DNA from: an uncultured Rhodospirillaceae bacterium
Lineage (GTDB): Bacteria; Pseudomonadota; Alphaproteobacteria; UBA11136
Length of the DNA stretch: 64,000 nucleotides
Assembly: GCA_964486105.1 (NCBI GenBank)
Contig: CAZAKR010000002.1
Span: 62,949 to 126,948, forward strand
Direction: 5' to 3'
A model generated the notes under the pieces. That model did no database searches. It saw nothing but the letters and a program-made list of their open reading frames with translations, and was not told where the DNA came from. Within the stretch, counting starts at the first letter, position 1; each line of letters begins with the position of its first letter. Shown one piece after another: positions 1 through 11,542 of the stretch. The position numbers and the translations under genes are program-made.

Positions 1-339
1 CCGAGTACCCTTTTTATCGCCTCGACGCAGGAATAGGGCATTACCGGCGCCGGTTTCGTCGCTTCCCTGTCCACTTGCGCCGCCGCCACGGTGAACCCCT
101 GCCCCTCCAGCCATTCTTTGAGATCGAAATCGCTGCTCATGGGCAGAATGCCAATTTCCATCCTGTGGGCCAGAGGGTCCAGCGCCACCCATCTTTCCCC
201 GTCATCGATGCACACGAAACAATGGCGGAACCCCTTTTTGAGAAATCGCAACCACCACAGATCCGTGCGCCCGCTAAAGGCGACGATAATCTGGCGGTGC
301 TTTTCCCCCATTGGGCTGAATTTAGTTTGAGGATATTCC
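1..339 (-). CDS. Hypothetical protein, partial (runs off window edge); not in ORF track because it has no stop in the window
   Basis: Reverse-strand translation from ATG at 339: MTEYPQTKFSPMGEKHRQIIVAFSGRTDLWWLRFLKKGFRHCFVCIDDGERWVALDPLAHRMEIGILPMSSDFDLKEWLEGQGF... The residue pattern looks protein-like. Family not recognised. Confidence 0.3.
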
Positions 340-720
340 GTCATTGCGGCTGACCCTTTCCACAATGCCCTTTTCGACCAGGATTTTTCCCAATTTTTGA
401 TGGGATTCCCGCCACAATTTCGCGGCCCCGTATTCGGCTTCCCGGCGATAATCCGGAACCAGGAGCTGCTGGCCGTAATCGCTCAGAACTTTCAGATGAT
501 CCGACTTCAAAAAACGCCGCCTGTGGAGGTCCTCAACAGCTTTGAGAATATCCAGCGGCTCACAGGGGCGGATGACATCTCCCGCCCCCTAGCTCAACCG
601 GGCGCCGGCGGCCTTCAAAAGGTGACACTGGACGGTCCAGAACCAGGCCTCCTCGCTGTCGGTAAAAAGGGTAAAGGCATGGTCGGACTGACGACGGGGT
701 ATAAAGCGGGCACGCGCCAT
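322..720 (-). pseudogene. Interrupted ORF: two collinear reading frames (718..592 and 588..322) in the same frame separated by a single TAG at 589-591. Possible pseudogene or stop-codon readthrough gene, divergent from the XRE/S24 repressor
   Basis: Manual translation: MARARFIPRRQSDHAFTLFTDSEEAWFWTVQCHLLKAAGARLS-TAG-GAGDVIRPCEPLDILKAVEDLHRRRFLKSDHLKVLSDYGQQLLVPDYRREAEYGAAKLWRESHQKLGKILVEKGIVERVSRNDGISSN. The downstream ORF 339..1 follows in the +1 frame. Confidence 0.25.
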
Positions 721-815
721 GACACGCTCTCCTGTGACTGGAAAGTGGATAAAAGACAAAAGCTTTGAAAACGCCGGGATAGGCCGGACACGGTCTGCCC
801 CTGTTATGACCGCCA

Positions 816-904
816 GTATATACGTATATATTCCTATGTCAAGAAATATATCGGTATATCTTCCTAGTGATAAATTCCTCACAATATAAGAAGATATCCC
901 TATG
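816..904 (+). promoter_or_regulatory. Three direct repeats GTATAT(A/C)TTCCTA(T)G at about 824-838, 854-867 and 892-904. The last overlaps the start codon. Candidate operators and promoter of the XRE/S24 repressor gene
   Basis: Repeats read directly in sequence. Spacing about 30 bp (three helical turns). Located between divergent ORFs. Confidence 0.5.
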
Positions 905-1531
905 TTCAAGCATGGAGATATCTGGGACGCCGTCGACCGGCTTGCCGCCGAGTATCACCTTTCGGCCTCGGGCCTGGCCAAAAAGGCCGGGCTTGACCCC
1001 ACCACCTTCAACAAGAGCAAGCGCCACACCCGTGACGGCAAACCCCGCTGGCCCAGCACCGAAAGCATTGCCAAGATTCTCGCCGCCACCGGCAGCGGGC
1101 TTTCCGAATTTGTCGGCTATATCGGCGGGGGAGGATCAAGCGGCATGCAGCGCATCCCGGTGATCGGCTATGCCCAGGCCGGGCAAAGCGGTTTTTTTGA
1201 CGACGGCGGCTATCCGGTGGGCAGCGGCTGGGACGAAATCATCTTTCCCAACGTCAACGACCCGACGGCCTATGCCCTGGAGATCAGCGGCGACAGCATG
1301 GAGCCCTTATATCGGGACGGCGATACCATCATCGTTTCGCCGGCCACGGATCTGCGCCGCGGTGACAGGGTCGTGGTCAAGACCCATGACGGTGAGGTTA
1401 TGGTCAAGGAACTCATACGCCGCTCGGCCCAAAAGGTTGAACTGCGCTCCCTCAATCCCGATCACAACCTGCGGGAAATTTCCCAGGAAAATATCGAGTG
1501 GCTGGCCCGCGTCATCTGGGCCAGCCAATAA
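902..1531 (+). CDS. XRE-family HTH transcriptional repressor with C-terminal S24 (LexA/CI-like) peptidase domain
   Basis: N-terminal HTH-like region (LSASGLAKKAGLDPTTFNKSKR), Gly-rich linker, C-terminal S24 signature (GDSMEP...GD...V...K..R). 209 aa. Confidence 0.85.
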   Translation: MFKHGDIWDAVDRLAAEYHLSASGLAKKAGLDPTTFNKSKRHTRDGKPRWPSTESIAKILAATGSGLSEFVGYIGGGGSSGMQRIPVIGYAQAGQSGFFDDGGYPVGSGWDEIIFPNVNDPTAYALEISGDSMEPLYRDGDTIIVSPATDLRRGDRVVVKTHDGEVMVKELIRRSAQKVELRSLNPDHNLREISQENIEWLARVIWASQ

Positions 1532-1538
1532 TCCGGCC

Positions 1539-2135
1539 CTAGAGGCTCGGGTTCATCGATTCCGCTACAAAATCGGTCAAAGGCTTGATCGCCTCTTCGA
1601 TCGAACTTTTAGAAAGCGCAAGCCCCTCTTCAACCAGAGCCGTCTGAACGGCAGCCAGCTTCGTCACATCGCCGTCGGTAAGAAAGGTTTGTGAAGCTGT
1701 AAGCCCGGTCTGAAAAGAGCGTTGCGCATAATCAGCATAGGTCTTGGAAAACAGCTCAGCACCTTCGCCCATCGCCGTCCCCAGCTTGAGAGCGGCGGCA
1801 TACTGTTTTTCCAGTGTCGCGGTGAGGTCGGCAAAATCGATACCGGCCAGAGTCTCGTCGAACCCGGTGGTGGAAAGAACGGCCGGCAGAGTTGGCGTTT
1901 CGGTGGCGGCGGCCTTCTTCGGAGCGGCCTTCTTCGGAGCTACTTTTTTCGCGGCGACCTTCTTGACCGCAGCCTTCTTGACTGGGGCCTTCTTGACTGG
2001 CGCCTTTTTCATCACGACCTTTTTGGCCGGAACCTTTTTGGCCGCGGCCTTGATAACCGGCGCAGGCGCAGGGGAGGCGGCCTTCTCATCAATGATGGTC
2101 TTGGGCAGGGTGATCTCGGAATTTTTGGTCGCCAT
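1539..2135 (-). CDS. Phasin-family PHA granule-associated protein with N-terminal histone H1-like AKKA/KKAP repeat tail
   Basis: Start moved to MATKNSE (ATG at 2135) preceded by GAGGAGG SD. KKVPAKKVVMKKAPVKKAPVKKAAVKKVAAKKVAPKKAAPKK repeats followed by a phasin-like helical domain. Confidence 0.75.
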   Translation of the reverse strand: MATKNSEITLPKTIIDEKAASPAPAPVIKAAAKKVPAKKVVMKKAPVKKAPVKKAAVKKVAAKKVAPKKAAPKKAAATETPTLPAVLSTTGFDETLAGIDFADLTATLEKQYAAALKLGTAMGEGAELFSKTYADYAQRSFQTGLTASQTFLTDGDVTKLAAVQTALVEEGLALSKSSIEEAIKPLTDFVAESMNPSL

Positions 2136-2198
2136 GAAAAGGCCTCCTCGATTGAAAACAGGCATGAGGCAAGACGCCAAATGCCGGAAAGAATATAT

Positions 2199-2261
2199 TG
2201 CAGTGCAGCAATTGATTATTGCCTGAAAACGGTCATTCAGTCAAATTTATTGTGCGCTGCA
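2199..2261 (-). promoter_or_regulatory. Two TGC-N3-GCA motifs (TGCAGTGCA 2199-2207; TGCGCTGCA 2253-2261) in the phasin promoter region. Candidate PhaR-type operator half-sites
   Basis: Read in sequence. PhaR regulators of alphaproteobacteria bind TGC-rich palindromes upstream of phasin genes (established knowledge). The assignment here is inferential. Confidence 0.3.
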
Positions 2262-2307
2262 ATAAACAGTGTCCCCGACACCCGCCGAGACCGGGGCGAG
2301 GGGCCGC

Positions 2308-3897
2308 CTAGCTGGACGCCAGATCCTCACCGGCGAGCACCCGGCGGATCAGGGAAACCGTCTCTTCTACCCCGTAAAGGGCAATGAACGAGCCCATCCG
2401 CGGCCCTTGCTCCTGACCGAGCAAGGTCTCGTAAAGGGCCCGGAACCAGGCCTTCAGATCGGCGAAATCGTGGCGCTTGCCGATTTCATAGACCTGGGTC
2501 TGGATATCCTCAGGGGACGCATCGGCAGGCAATCCCTCAAGTTCGCCGATCAGATCTTCGAGCGCCGCCTGTTCATTGGAATCGGGGAGCCGATAGCGCT
2601 TCTGGGGTTTGACGAAATCCTGGTAATAGGCCACCGCATAACCGGCGAGCCGGTCGAGGATGGGGTCGCTTTGCGGCGTCGCCTTGGGCGCATAGCGTGA
2701 GATAAATCCCCAAAGCGCCGATTTATCGTCGGCATGGCATACCCCGGCGAGGTTGAGAAGAATATTGAAACTCAGATGCGCCTCTTCCCGCGGCGGTTTA
2801 CCGTCGTGAATATGCCACACCGGGTTTTCCAGCCGCCTGTCCGCTTCTTCGGTCTCAAATTTACCGAGAAAGGTCAGATAATCGTCGACGCTACGCGGGA
2901 TAACGTCGAAATACAGGCGCTTGGCCTTGCGCGGCGACTGGTACATATAAAGAGACAGGCTTTCCGGCGGCGCATAGCGCAGCCATTCTTCCACCGCCAG
3001 GCCGTTACCCTTGGATTTGGAAATTTTTCCCCCGTTCTCGTCGAGGAATAATTCGTAGGTGTATGATTCCGGCGGCCGGCCCCCGAGGATTTTACATATC
3101 CGGCTTGAAAGCCGCACCGAATCGATCAGATCCTTGCCCGACATTTCATAATCGACGTTGAGCGCCGTCCAGCGCATGGCCCAATCGGCCTTCCACTGCA
3201 ATTTACAGTGACCGCCTGTAACCGGCACGGTAATCGTTTCACCGCTCGCCTCGTCGACGTAAGACACCGTTCCGGCGACCGCATCGGTGGCCGTAATCGG
3301 CGCCTGCAAAACCTGACCCGTTTGTTTGCAAAGCGGCAGAAAGGGGCTGTAGGTAGCGCGGCGCTCGAGGCCAAGGGTCGGCAGAATAACGTCCCTGACC
3401 TTTTCATATTCGTTTAATACCTTAAGCAGCACATCGTCAAAACGGCCGCTTTGATACCATTCCGTGGCGCTCTGGAATTCATACTCAAAGCCGAAGGAAT
3501 CGAGAAAATCCCGCAGCCGGGCATTGTTATGTTCGCCAAAGCTTTCATGGGTGCCGAAAGGATCAGGAATAGAGGTCAGGGGCTTGCCCAGATGTTCGGC
3601 CACCATTTCCTGATTGGGAATATTGTCGGGCACCTTGCGCAGACCGTCGAGATCGTCGGAAAAAGCGAAAAGGCGGGTCGGAATATCCGATATGGCGCTA
3701 AAAGCCCGGCGCACCATAGTGGTACGCGCCACCTCGCCAAAGGTGCCGATATGAGGCAATCCCGAAGGGCCGTAGCCGGTTTCGAAGAGGACATAGCCCT
3801 TCTCGGGCGTCTGATCCTTGATCCGGGCAAGAATTTTCCGGGCTTCTTCAAAGGGCCAGGCCTTGGCGGTCAGGGCAAGATCGCGAATATCCGTCAT
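2308..3897 (-). CDS. lysK: Lysyl-tRNA synthetase, class I (archaeal/alphaproteobacterial LysK type)
   Basis: HIGH motif (PHIGTFGE) and KMSKS motif (KISKSKG). 529 aa from MTDIRDL start. The ORF-track start at 3942 is a likely N-terminal over-extension. Confidence 0.93.
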   Translation of the reverse strand: MTDIRDLALTAKAWPFEEARKILARIKDQTPEKGYVLFETGYGPSGLPHIGTFGEVARTTMVRRAFSAISDIPTRLFAFSDDLDGLRKVPDNIPNQEMVAEHLGKPLTSIPDPFGTHESFGEHNNARLRDFLDSFGFEYEFQSATEWYQSGRFDDVLLKVLNEYEKVRDVILPTLGLERRATYSPFLPLCKQTGQVLQAPITATDAVAGTVSYVDEASGETITVPVTGGHCKLQWKADWAMRWTALNVDYEMSGKDLIDSVRLSSRICKILGGRPPESYTYELFLDENGGKISKSKGNGLAVEEWLRYAPPESLSLYMYQSPRKAKRLYFDVIPRSVDDYLTFLGKFETEEADRRLENPVWHIHDGKPPREEAHLSFNILLNLAGVCHADDKSALWGFISRYAPKATPQSDPILDRLAGYAVAYYQDFVKPQKRYRLPDSNEQAALEDLIGELEGLPADASPEDIQTQVYEIGKRHDFADLKAWFRALYETLLGQEQGPRMGSFIALYGVEETVSLIRRVLAGEDLASS

Positions 3898-4033
3898 AAA
3901 ACTATCCTGCAGCGGAGAAACGTGGCCAGAACCTAGGCGCAAAGCCGCCCTTGCGTCAACGCCCGCGAACAGGGAATATCCCTGAGCTGACTAATCCTCG
4001 GCCTGTAAACCCTCTATCTGGAGAAAATATCGC

Positions 4034-4507
4034 ATGTCGAAATGGGACGTCCGGTTCCTCCGCCTCGCTCATGAGGTGGCTAAATGGTCAAAAGACCGCT
4101 CAACCCGCGTCGGCGCCGTCATTGTCGGCGAGGATAGAACGCCGGGACCCTACGGCTATAACGGCTTCCCCCGCTACGTTGATGACGAACGGGAAGAACG
4201 CCACGCGCGACCGGAAAAATATTCATGGACCGAACACGCCGAACGCAACGCCATCTATAATGCGGCACGGGTCGGCATGGCGCTCAAAGGCTGCACGATT
4301 TACGTCACCCATATTCCCTGTGTCGATTGCACCCGCGCCATCATTCAGGTGGGTATGCGGCAAATCATCGTCGATGAGGGCTGTCTTGCCGATGGCGGCT
4401 TTAAAGAGCGCTGGGGCGAACATGAAAAAACAACCAAGGAAATGCTGGACGAGGCCAGTGTCGAGTTGAGCTTCGTGCCCGTGCCTGCGGGCAACGAGGA
4501 CGACTAG
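4034..4507 (+). CDS. dCMP/cytidine deaminase family protein (ComEB-like)
   Basis: HAE(R)NA zinc-binding motif and PCxxC motif (HIPCVDCTRAI). 157 aa. Confidence 0.85.
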   Translation: MSKWDVRFLRLAHEVAKWSKDRSTRVGAVIVGEDRTPGPYGYNGFPRYVDDEREERHARPEKYSWTEHAERNAIYNAARVGMALKGCTIYVTHIPCVDCTRAIIQVGMRQIIVDEGCLADGGFKERWGEHEKTTKEMLDEASVELSFVPVPAGNEDD

Positions 4508-4518
4508 GCGCCCCCCGG

Positions 4519-7365
4519 ATGCCTCCCACGGCGAGAAACGCCCCCTCACACTCAACTCCACCCGTGCTGGTTGCCGGCTTGCGCCGGGCCTGCTGGTTTA
4601 TGCCGGGGAAAAACGGCAAGGACGAAAGCATTGAAACCCTCACCCTTAAAGAGGCTGCCGCCAGGGTTCGCAAAGGCCCGGCGCCTGTAATCTGTCACAT
4701 GCCCGCGACGGCAAAACGCCTTGGGCTGGGGGGCTTTGCCGGCCTCGACATTCTTGAGCTTTTCGCCTTCACCCGCCCCGCCCGTTTCTGCCTGCCGACG
4801 CCGCGCGGTCTTGCCCAGGCACTGGGGCTCAGCCTGCCGAAAACGCTGGAGGATGAAGCGCGCTCGCTTTCAGCGGTTATGTCCGCCCTTATGAATGAAA
4901 TCGCCGCCCCCGATCTGATGCGCAACCGCGAGGTGGCGGCCCTGGCCCAAATCATGGCCGATGGAGGCTGGCCCTGGGGCGAAAGGGTTCTTGCCGCCCT
5001 GCCGAAGGGGCAACCCACCGACATGGCAACCCAAATGCGGGCGCTGGAAGTCTGGCACGGCCTGAAGGAATGGAGCGAATACGCCCCTGAGCCGCCCCCC
5101 GGCCAGGCCGTGGTGGAGCCGGAAGAATCCCTAAAACGTCTCGCCGACCTTCTCGGCGCAAATGCCGAATCGAGGCCCCAGCAAAAGGAATATACCGCAG
5201 GCGTCACGGCCGCCTTTTTGCCCCGGGAAAACGAGGATGAACCGCAATTTGTTCTCGCCGAAGCCGGCACCGGCACCGGCAAGACCTTAGGCTATCTCGC
5301 TCCGGCCAGCCTGTGGGCGCAAAAGAACAACGGCCCGGTCTGGATCAGCACCTACACTAAGAACCTTCAGCATCAGATCGACCGTGAACTCGACCGCCTT
5401 TATCCCGATCCCGGCCGCAAGGCGGCAAAGGCGGTGATCCGCAAGGGCCGCGAAAACTATCTCTGCCTACTCAATCTGGAAGAGGCCGTCGCCGCCTTGC
5501 CGACGCGCCCCGATGCGTCGCGGGAACGCGACGCCGCGGCGCTGGGCCTGATCGCCAGATGGGCGCTGGCCTCACGGGACGGCGATATGATGGGCGGCGA
5601 TTTTCCCGCCTGGCTCGGCGATCTTCTTGAAAAAGCCCGCACCTATGCCCTTGCCGACCGCCGCGGGGAATGCATCTATTCCGCCTGTTCCCATTTCAGG
5701 AAATGTTTTATCGAACGCAGCATCCGGCGGGCCTGGCGGGCCGAGATCGTCGTCGCCAATCATGCCCTGGTAATGATTCAGGCGGCTCTTGGCGGCGGCA
5801 CCGACGACGATGTGTTTTCTCCTGCCCGCTATGTTTTCGATGAGGGGCACCATATTTTCGATGCCGCCGACAGCGCCTTTTCGGCCCATCTTTCGGGCGT
5901 TGAAATGCTCGAATTACGGCGCTGGATTATCGGCCCCGAAAAGGGGCGTCGCGGTGGCGGCGGCGGCGGGCGCATGCGCGGTCTTGAAAAACGGGTCGGC
6001 GACCTCGCCGCCCGTGATGAAAAGGCATCCCTCGCCTTGAAAGAAACTCAGAGCGCGGCCCTGGCCCTGCCCGCGCCGGGCTGGATGTCGCGCATCAACA
6101 GCGGCGCCCCCCAAGGCCCCGGCGAGGCCTTTCTCACTCTTCTTCGCCAACAGGTCTATGCCCGGGCCGCCCAACCCGGCTCCCCCTACAGCCTTGAAAC
6201 CGAGGCCCGGCCCGCCGCATGCAATCCCGGCGATGGTCTGGTCGAGGGTCTGCTTGAGGCGGCCAAAGAACTGGAAGCCTCGCTGGCCCTTCTCGCCGGG
6301 CCATTGATGTCGCTGGCCACCCATCTCTCCCGTTTAATCGACGAACAGGCCAGCGATATGGACAGCCACGACCGCCAGCGCATCGAAGCCATGTGCCGGG
6401 GTCTGGCCCGGCGCGCCGAGACTCAGGTCGAAGCCTGGCGGTCCATGCTCACCTCCCTGAGAGAGGAACAGCCCGCCGCTTTTGTCGACTGGTTTGCCGT
6501 TGACCGTTCAGGTGGCCGGGATGTGGATATCGGTTTCAATCGCCATTGGATCGATCCCACACTTCCCTTCATCGACTATGTGGCCCGGCCGGCCCAGGGC
6601 CTGCTCATTACCTCGGCGAGCCTTTGCGACCACGATCATAAAACCGGTGAAAATAACGATGCGCCCGCCCCCGACTGGGCGGCGGCGGATCAACGCACCG
6701 GGGCTTGTCACCTTAAGGGCGAACCCGGCCGCCTTGCCGTGGCCTCGCCTTTTGATTATCCCAACCAGACCCGGGTCCTTGTCGTCACTGATGTCTCCCG
6801 CGACAACCCGGATCAGGTGGCGAGCGCCTACCGGGAACTCTTTCTGGCGGCGGGCGGCGGCGGGCTTGGATTGTTTACCGCCATCTCGCGCCTTAGGGCC
6901 GTTCACCAGCGTCTTGCCGCCCCCCTCGACGATGCCGGCCTGCATCTTCTGGCCCAGCATGTGGACGGGCTCGACACCGCCACCCTGATTGATATTTTCC
7001 GCGCCGAACACGATGCCTGCCTCCTCGGCACCGATGCCATACGCGACGGCGTTGATGTCCCCGGCCCGGCCCTGCGCCTGATCGTCTTCGACCGGGTCCC
7101 CTGGCCGCGGCCGGATATTCTCCATGCCGCCCGGCGCAAGGCATTCGGCTCAAAGGTCTATGACGACCGCCTCACCGGGTTGCGGCTGAAACAGGCTTAC
7201 GGCCGCCTGGTGCGCAAGGCTGACGATCACGGGGTTTTCGTTCTTCTCGATAATCGCATGCCGAGCCGCCTGGGGGCAGCCTTCCCGCCGGGTGTTGAAA
7301 TCCAGCGTCTCGGTCTGGCCGAGGCCGTCACCCTCACCCGCGATTTCCTGCACCCTGAACCATAA
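4519..7365 (+). CDS. ATP-dependent DNA helicase, DinG/Rad3 family. Start uncertain: ATG at 4519, 4600 or 4699
   Basis: Walker A AEAGTGTGKT, DEAH-like box VFDEGHH, helicase C-terminal region. About 948 aa, typical of the conserved alphaproteobacterial helicase. Confidence 0.85.
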   Translation: MPPTARNAPSHSTPPVLVAGLRRACWFMPGKNGKDESIETLTLKEAAARVRKGPAPVICHMPATAKRLGLGGFAGLDILELFAFTRPARFCLPTPRGLAQALGLSLPKTLEDEARSLSAVMSALMNEIAAPDLMRNREVAALAQIMADGGWPWGERVLAALPKGQPTDMATQMRALEVWHGLKEWSEYAPEPPPGQAVVEPEESLKRLADLLGANAESRPQQKEYTAGVTAAFLPRENEDEPQFVLAEAGTGTGKTLGYLAPASLWAQKNNGPVWISTYTKNLQHQIDRELDRLYPDPGRKAAKAVIRKGRENYLCLLNLEEAVAALPTRPDASRERDAAALGLIARWALASRDGDMMGGDFPAWLGDLLEKARTYALADRRGECIYSACSHFRKCFIERSIRRAWRAEIVVANHALVMIQAALGGGTDDDVFSPARYVFDEGHHIFDAADSAFSAHLSGVEMLELRRWIIGPEKGRRGGGGGGRMRGLEKRVGDLAARDEKASLALKETQSAALALPAPGWMSRINSGAPQGPGEAFLTLLRQQVYARAAQPGSPYSLETEARPAACNPGDGLVEGLLEAAKELEASLALLAGPLMSLATHLSRLIDEQASDMDSHDRQRIEAMCRGLARRAETQVEAWRSMLTSLREEQPAAFVDWFAVDRSGGRDVDIGFNRHWIDPTLPFIDYVARPAQGLLITSASLCDHDHKTGENNDAPAPDWAAADQRTGACHLKGEPGRLAVASPFDYPNQTRVLVVTDVSRDNPDQVASAYRELFLAAGGGGLGLFTAISRLRAVHQRLAAPLDDAGLHLLAQHVDGLDTATLIDIFRAEHDACLLGTDAIRDGVDVPGPALRLIVFDRVPWPRPDILHAARRKAFGSKVYDDRLTGLRLKQAYGRLVRKADDHGVFVLLDNRMPSRLGAAFPPGVEIQRLGLAEAVTLTRDFLHPEP

Positions 7366-7397
7366 AAAAGGGGCCGCACAAATGCGACCCCTTTTCC
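7365..7397. terminator. Bidirectional Rho-independent terminator between convergent helicase and groEL
   Basis: AAAAAAGGGGCCGCACAAATGCGACCCCTTTT: GC stem flanked by an A-run and a T-run. Confidence 0.6.
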
Positions 7398-7423
7398 GTA
7401 TCGTCGAATGGTTGGAAGAGGCT

Positions 7424-9097
<1,674 letters not shown>

Positions 9098-9108
9098 TTA
9101 TTCGCTCC

Positions 9109-9396
9109 TTACTCGATGATGCCCAAAATGTCGGATTCTTTCATGATCAACAGCTCATCACCGTTGACCTTGACTTCGGTACCCGACCATTTGCCGAACA
9201 GAATGTTGTCGCCTTTTTTCACGTCCAGGGGATGAACCTTGCCATCCTCACTGCGTGATCCGGCGCCAACAGCGACAACCTTGCCTTCCATGGGCTTTTC
9301 CTGGGCGGTATCGGGAATGATGATGCCACCGCTGGTTTTCTCTTCACTATCCAACCGTTTGACGAGCACACGGTCATGAAGGGGTCTGAATTTCAT
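9109..9396 (-). CDS. groS: Co-chaperonin GroES
   Basis: 95 aa Cpn10 sequence, 14 bp upstream of groL. Confidence 0.97.
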   Translation of the reverse strand: MKFRPLHDRVLVKRLDSEEKTSGGIIIPDTAQEKPMEGKVVAVGAGSRSEDGKVHPLDVKKGDNILFGKWSGTEVKVNGDELLIMKESDILGIIE

Positions 9397-9444
9397 TCAG
9401 TCTCTCCAATAAAATGGGGAAAAACAAAAACTTGACGAAAGTTG

Positions 9445-9471
9445 TTAGCACTCCCGCCGCTTGAGTGCCAA
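9445..9471 (-). promoter_or_regulatory. CIRCE (HrcA) operator TTAGCACTC-N9-GAGTGCCAA upstream of groES, with candidate -35 TTGACA at 9496-9501 on the minus strand
   Basis: Near-perfect match to CIRCE consensus TTAGCACTC-N9-GAGTGCTAA, read in sequence 50 bp upstream of the groES start. Confidence 0.85.
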
Positions 9472-9556
9472 TGATCTAGGCGAGACTAAAGCCGATGTCA
9501 AGGGAAGGGAGAGGCAATGGAGCGGATTTCAGGGGTTTCGGTGAGATAGAGAGCCC

Positions 9557-11542
9557 CTAAATCGCGGCGGCCGGCGCCTCTTCTTCCGCTTCGGCCTTGC
9601 CATTTCCGGCCCCGGCAGTACCGCCGAAGCGCTGGCCGACGAATTCCATCAGATCGGCAACGCTTTCAGCCACACTCTGGGATCCGGTATCGACGGCGAA
9701 ATCGGGGTTCGCAGGCTCCTCATAGGGGGCGGAAATACCTGAAAACATCTCGATCTTCCCTTCACGCGCCTTCTTATACAGCCCCTTGGGATCGCGTCCC
9801 TCGCAGGTCTCCAGATCGGCCTGCACGTAAATCTCGTTGAACAGTTCCGAGCGGATGGCGCGGGCCCGCTGCCGGTCGGCGCGATAGGGCGAAATAAACG
9901 CCGTGATGACGAGAAAACCGGCATCGGCGAAAAGCCCCGCCACCTCACCGACCCGGCGGATATTCTCGGCCCGGTCGTCGGGAGAAAACCCAAGATCGGA
10001 GGAAAGCCCGTGGCGCAGATTATCGCCGTCTAGCACATAGACCTGATACCCCTTAACGAATAACTGGCGTTCAAGCTCAATGGCGAGCGTACTCTTGCCC
10101 GACCCCGACAGGCCGGTCAGCCACATAATACCTGGCCGGTGCCCGTTGGCGCCGCTACGCGCGGTCGGCGTCACCCGGTGATCGACGGAGAAAATATTGG
10201 TCGATTTGACGGCCCCCGCCTGACGCTGGTCGGGATAACCCTCCATACTGATGATGCCGCCGCCGACAATGTCGTAATCCTCAACCAGAACAAAACGCCC
10301 GGTACGCGGCATGTGAACAAACTCGTCGAGCACCATCATTTCCCGTGATCGCAGAACAACTTCCGCCACCGCGTTGCGCTCAACCTGGTCCTGCTTGCCG
10401 GTGGAAAGATCGGTCGTGTCGATGACACGCTCGATTTCCTGAACCTCGACCGTATGCTGGGCGGTGGCCAGTTTCAGCGTGTATTTCTTGCCCAATGTCA
10501 GGGGGTTATGCCCCAGCCAGAACACCCGCGCCTTAAAGACATTGGTCTCTACCGGTGGCGTGTCGAAGGCGCTGGCCACATGACCGCGCTCAACAAAAAT
10601 CTGCTCGTCCAGGGTCACCCCGACGGATTGTCCGGCCGACGCCGCCAGAATCGGGCCCGGCGCATTCCAAGACTCGATCGAGGCTACTCTGGCCGGTTTG
10701 TTGTTGGGGGAAAACAGCAATGTGTCCCCCACATGAAACCGTCCGCTCTCGATCCGCCCGGCAATGATGCGGCGCTCGTCGAATTTGTACACGTCCTGCA
10801 CCGGAAAGCGCAGGGGCAGATCGGTCGGCGGCACCGGGGCCTCGAAATGGTCCAGGGCCTCGGCCACTGTCGGGCCTTCGTACCAATCCATAGTTTCAGA
10901 TGGCCCGGCGATCAGATCGCCCTCCCGTGAGGACACGGGAATAATAAAGGTCGGGGTAATGCCAATCTCTTCCAGATAGGTCTTGATTTCGGCCTCGACC
11001 TCGTCGAACCGGTCTTTGGAATATTTCACCAGATCCATCTTGTTGACGGCGACCGCCACCTGGCGCACGCCGAGCAGATGCAGCAGATAACCGTGACGGC
11101 GCGACTGTTCGCGCACCCCTTCCTTGGCGTCGATAACCAGAACCGCGGCATCCGCGCTGGCCGCGCCCGACACCATGTTTTTAAGGAACTCCTTATGCCC
11201 CGGCGCATCGATCAGCACGTATTGGCGCATCTCCGTGGAAAACCAGATCTGCGCCGTATCAATGGTAATGCCCTGATCGCGCTCTGATTTCAGCGCATCC
11301 ATCAGGAACGCCCATTCGAAGGGCATGCCCCGGCGGTCACACATGGCCTGAATGGCTTCGAGCTTACCCTCGGGCAGAGAGCCGGTATCGTGAATAAGAC
11401 GGCCGACCAGGGTCGACTTTCCGTGATCCACATGACCGACGATGACGATTTTCAGGGGCTGGTGATCGACACCGCCATAGACACTCTCTTCTTCCGCCAT
11501 CTTTTTATCGGCCTTGATGTTTTTTGTTTTTTTCGCGCTCAT
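9557..11542 (-). CDS. cysNC: Bifunctional sulfate adenylyltransferase subunit 1 / adenylylsulfate kinase (CysN-CysC fusion, NodQ-like)
   Basis: N-terminal GTPase (GHVDHGKST), C-terminal APS kinase P-loop ([11 protein letters not shown]). Confidence 0.95.
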   Translation of the reverse strand: MSAKKTKNIKADKKMAEEESVYGGVDHQPLKIVIVGHVDHGKSTLVGRLIHDTGSLPEGKLEAIQAMCDRRGMPFEWAFLMDALKSERDQGITIDTAQIWFSTEMRQYVLIDAPGHKEFLKNMVSGAASADAAVLVIDAKEGVREQSRRHGYLLHLLGVRQVAVAVNKMDLVKYSKDRFDEVEAEIKTYLEEIGITPTFIIPVSSREGDLIAGPSETMDWYEGPTVAEALDHFEAPVPPTDLPLRFPVQDVYKFDERRIIAGRIESGRFHVGDTLLFSPNNKPARVASIESWNAPGPILAASAGQSVGVTLDEQIFVERGHVASAFDTPPVETNVFKARVFWLGHNPLTLGKKYTLKLATAQHTVEVQEIERVIDTTDLSTGKQDQVERNAVAEVVLRSREMMVLDEFVHMPRTGRFVLVEDYDIVGGGIISMEGYPDQRQAGAVKSTNIFSVDHRVTPTARSGANGHRPGIMWLTGLSGSGKSTLAIELERQLFVKGYQVYVLDGDNLRHGLSSDLGFSPDDRAENIRRVGEVAGLFADAGFLVITAFISPYRADRQRARAIRSELFNEIYVQADLETCEGRDPKGLYKKAREGKIEMFSGISAPYEEPANPDFAVDTGSQSVAESVADLMEFVGQRFGGTAGAGNGKAEAEEEAPAAAI

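Noticed and set aside
75-353. Plus-strand ORF 75..353 (92 aa)
   Set aside because: It overlaps the more protein-like minus-strand partial ORF 1..339. It has no recognisable features. At most one of the two is real, and I favoured the minus-strand frame at low confidence.
5941-5975. (GGC)n repeat encoding GRRGGGGGGRMRG inside the helicase gene, considered as a contingency locus
   Set aside because: It is short (about 5 units) and in-frame. It is most simply a Gly-rich linker typical of high-GC genomes, with no evidence of variability.
4034-7365. Cytidine/dCMP deaminase followed by a DinG-family helicase, considered as a possible anti-phage defence pair (nucleotide-depletion deaminase plus helicase)
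   Set aside because: The deaminase is a small stand-alone ComEB-type enzyme. The helicase has the architecture of the conserved housekeeping alphaproteobacterial DinG-like helicase. There are no nuclease, kinase or other defence-island hallmarks, no mobile-element context and no compositional anomaly.
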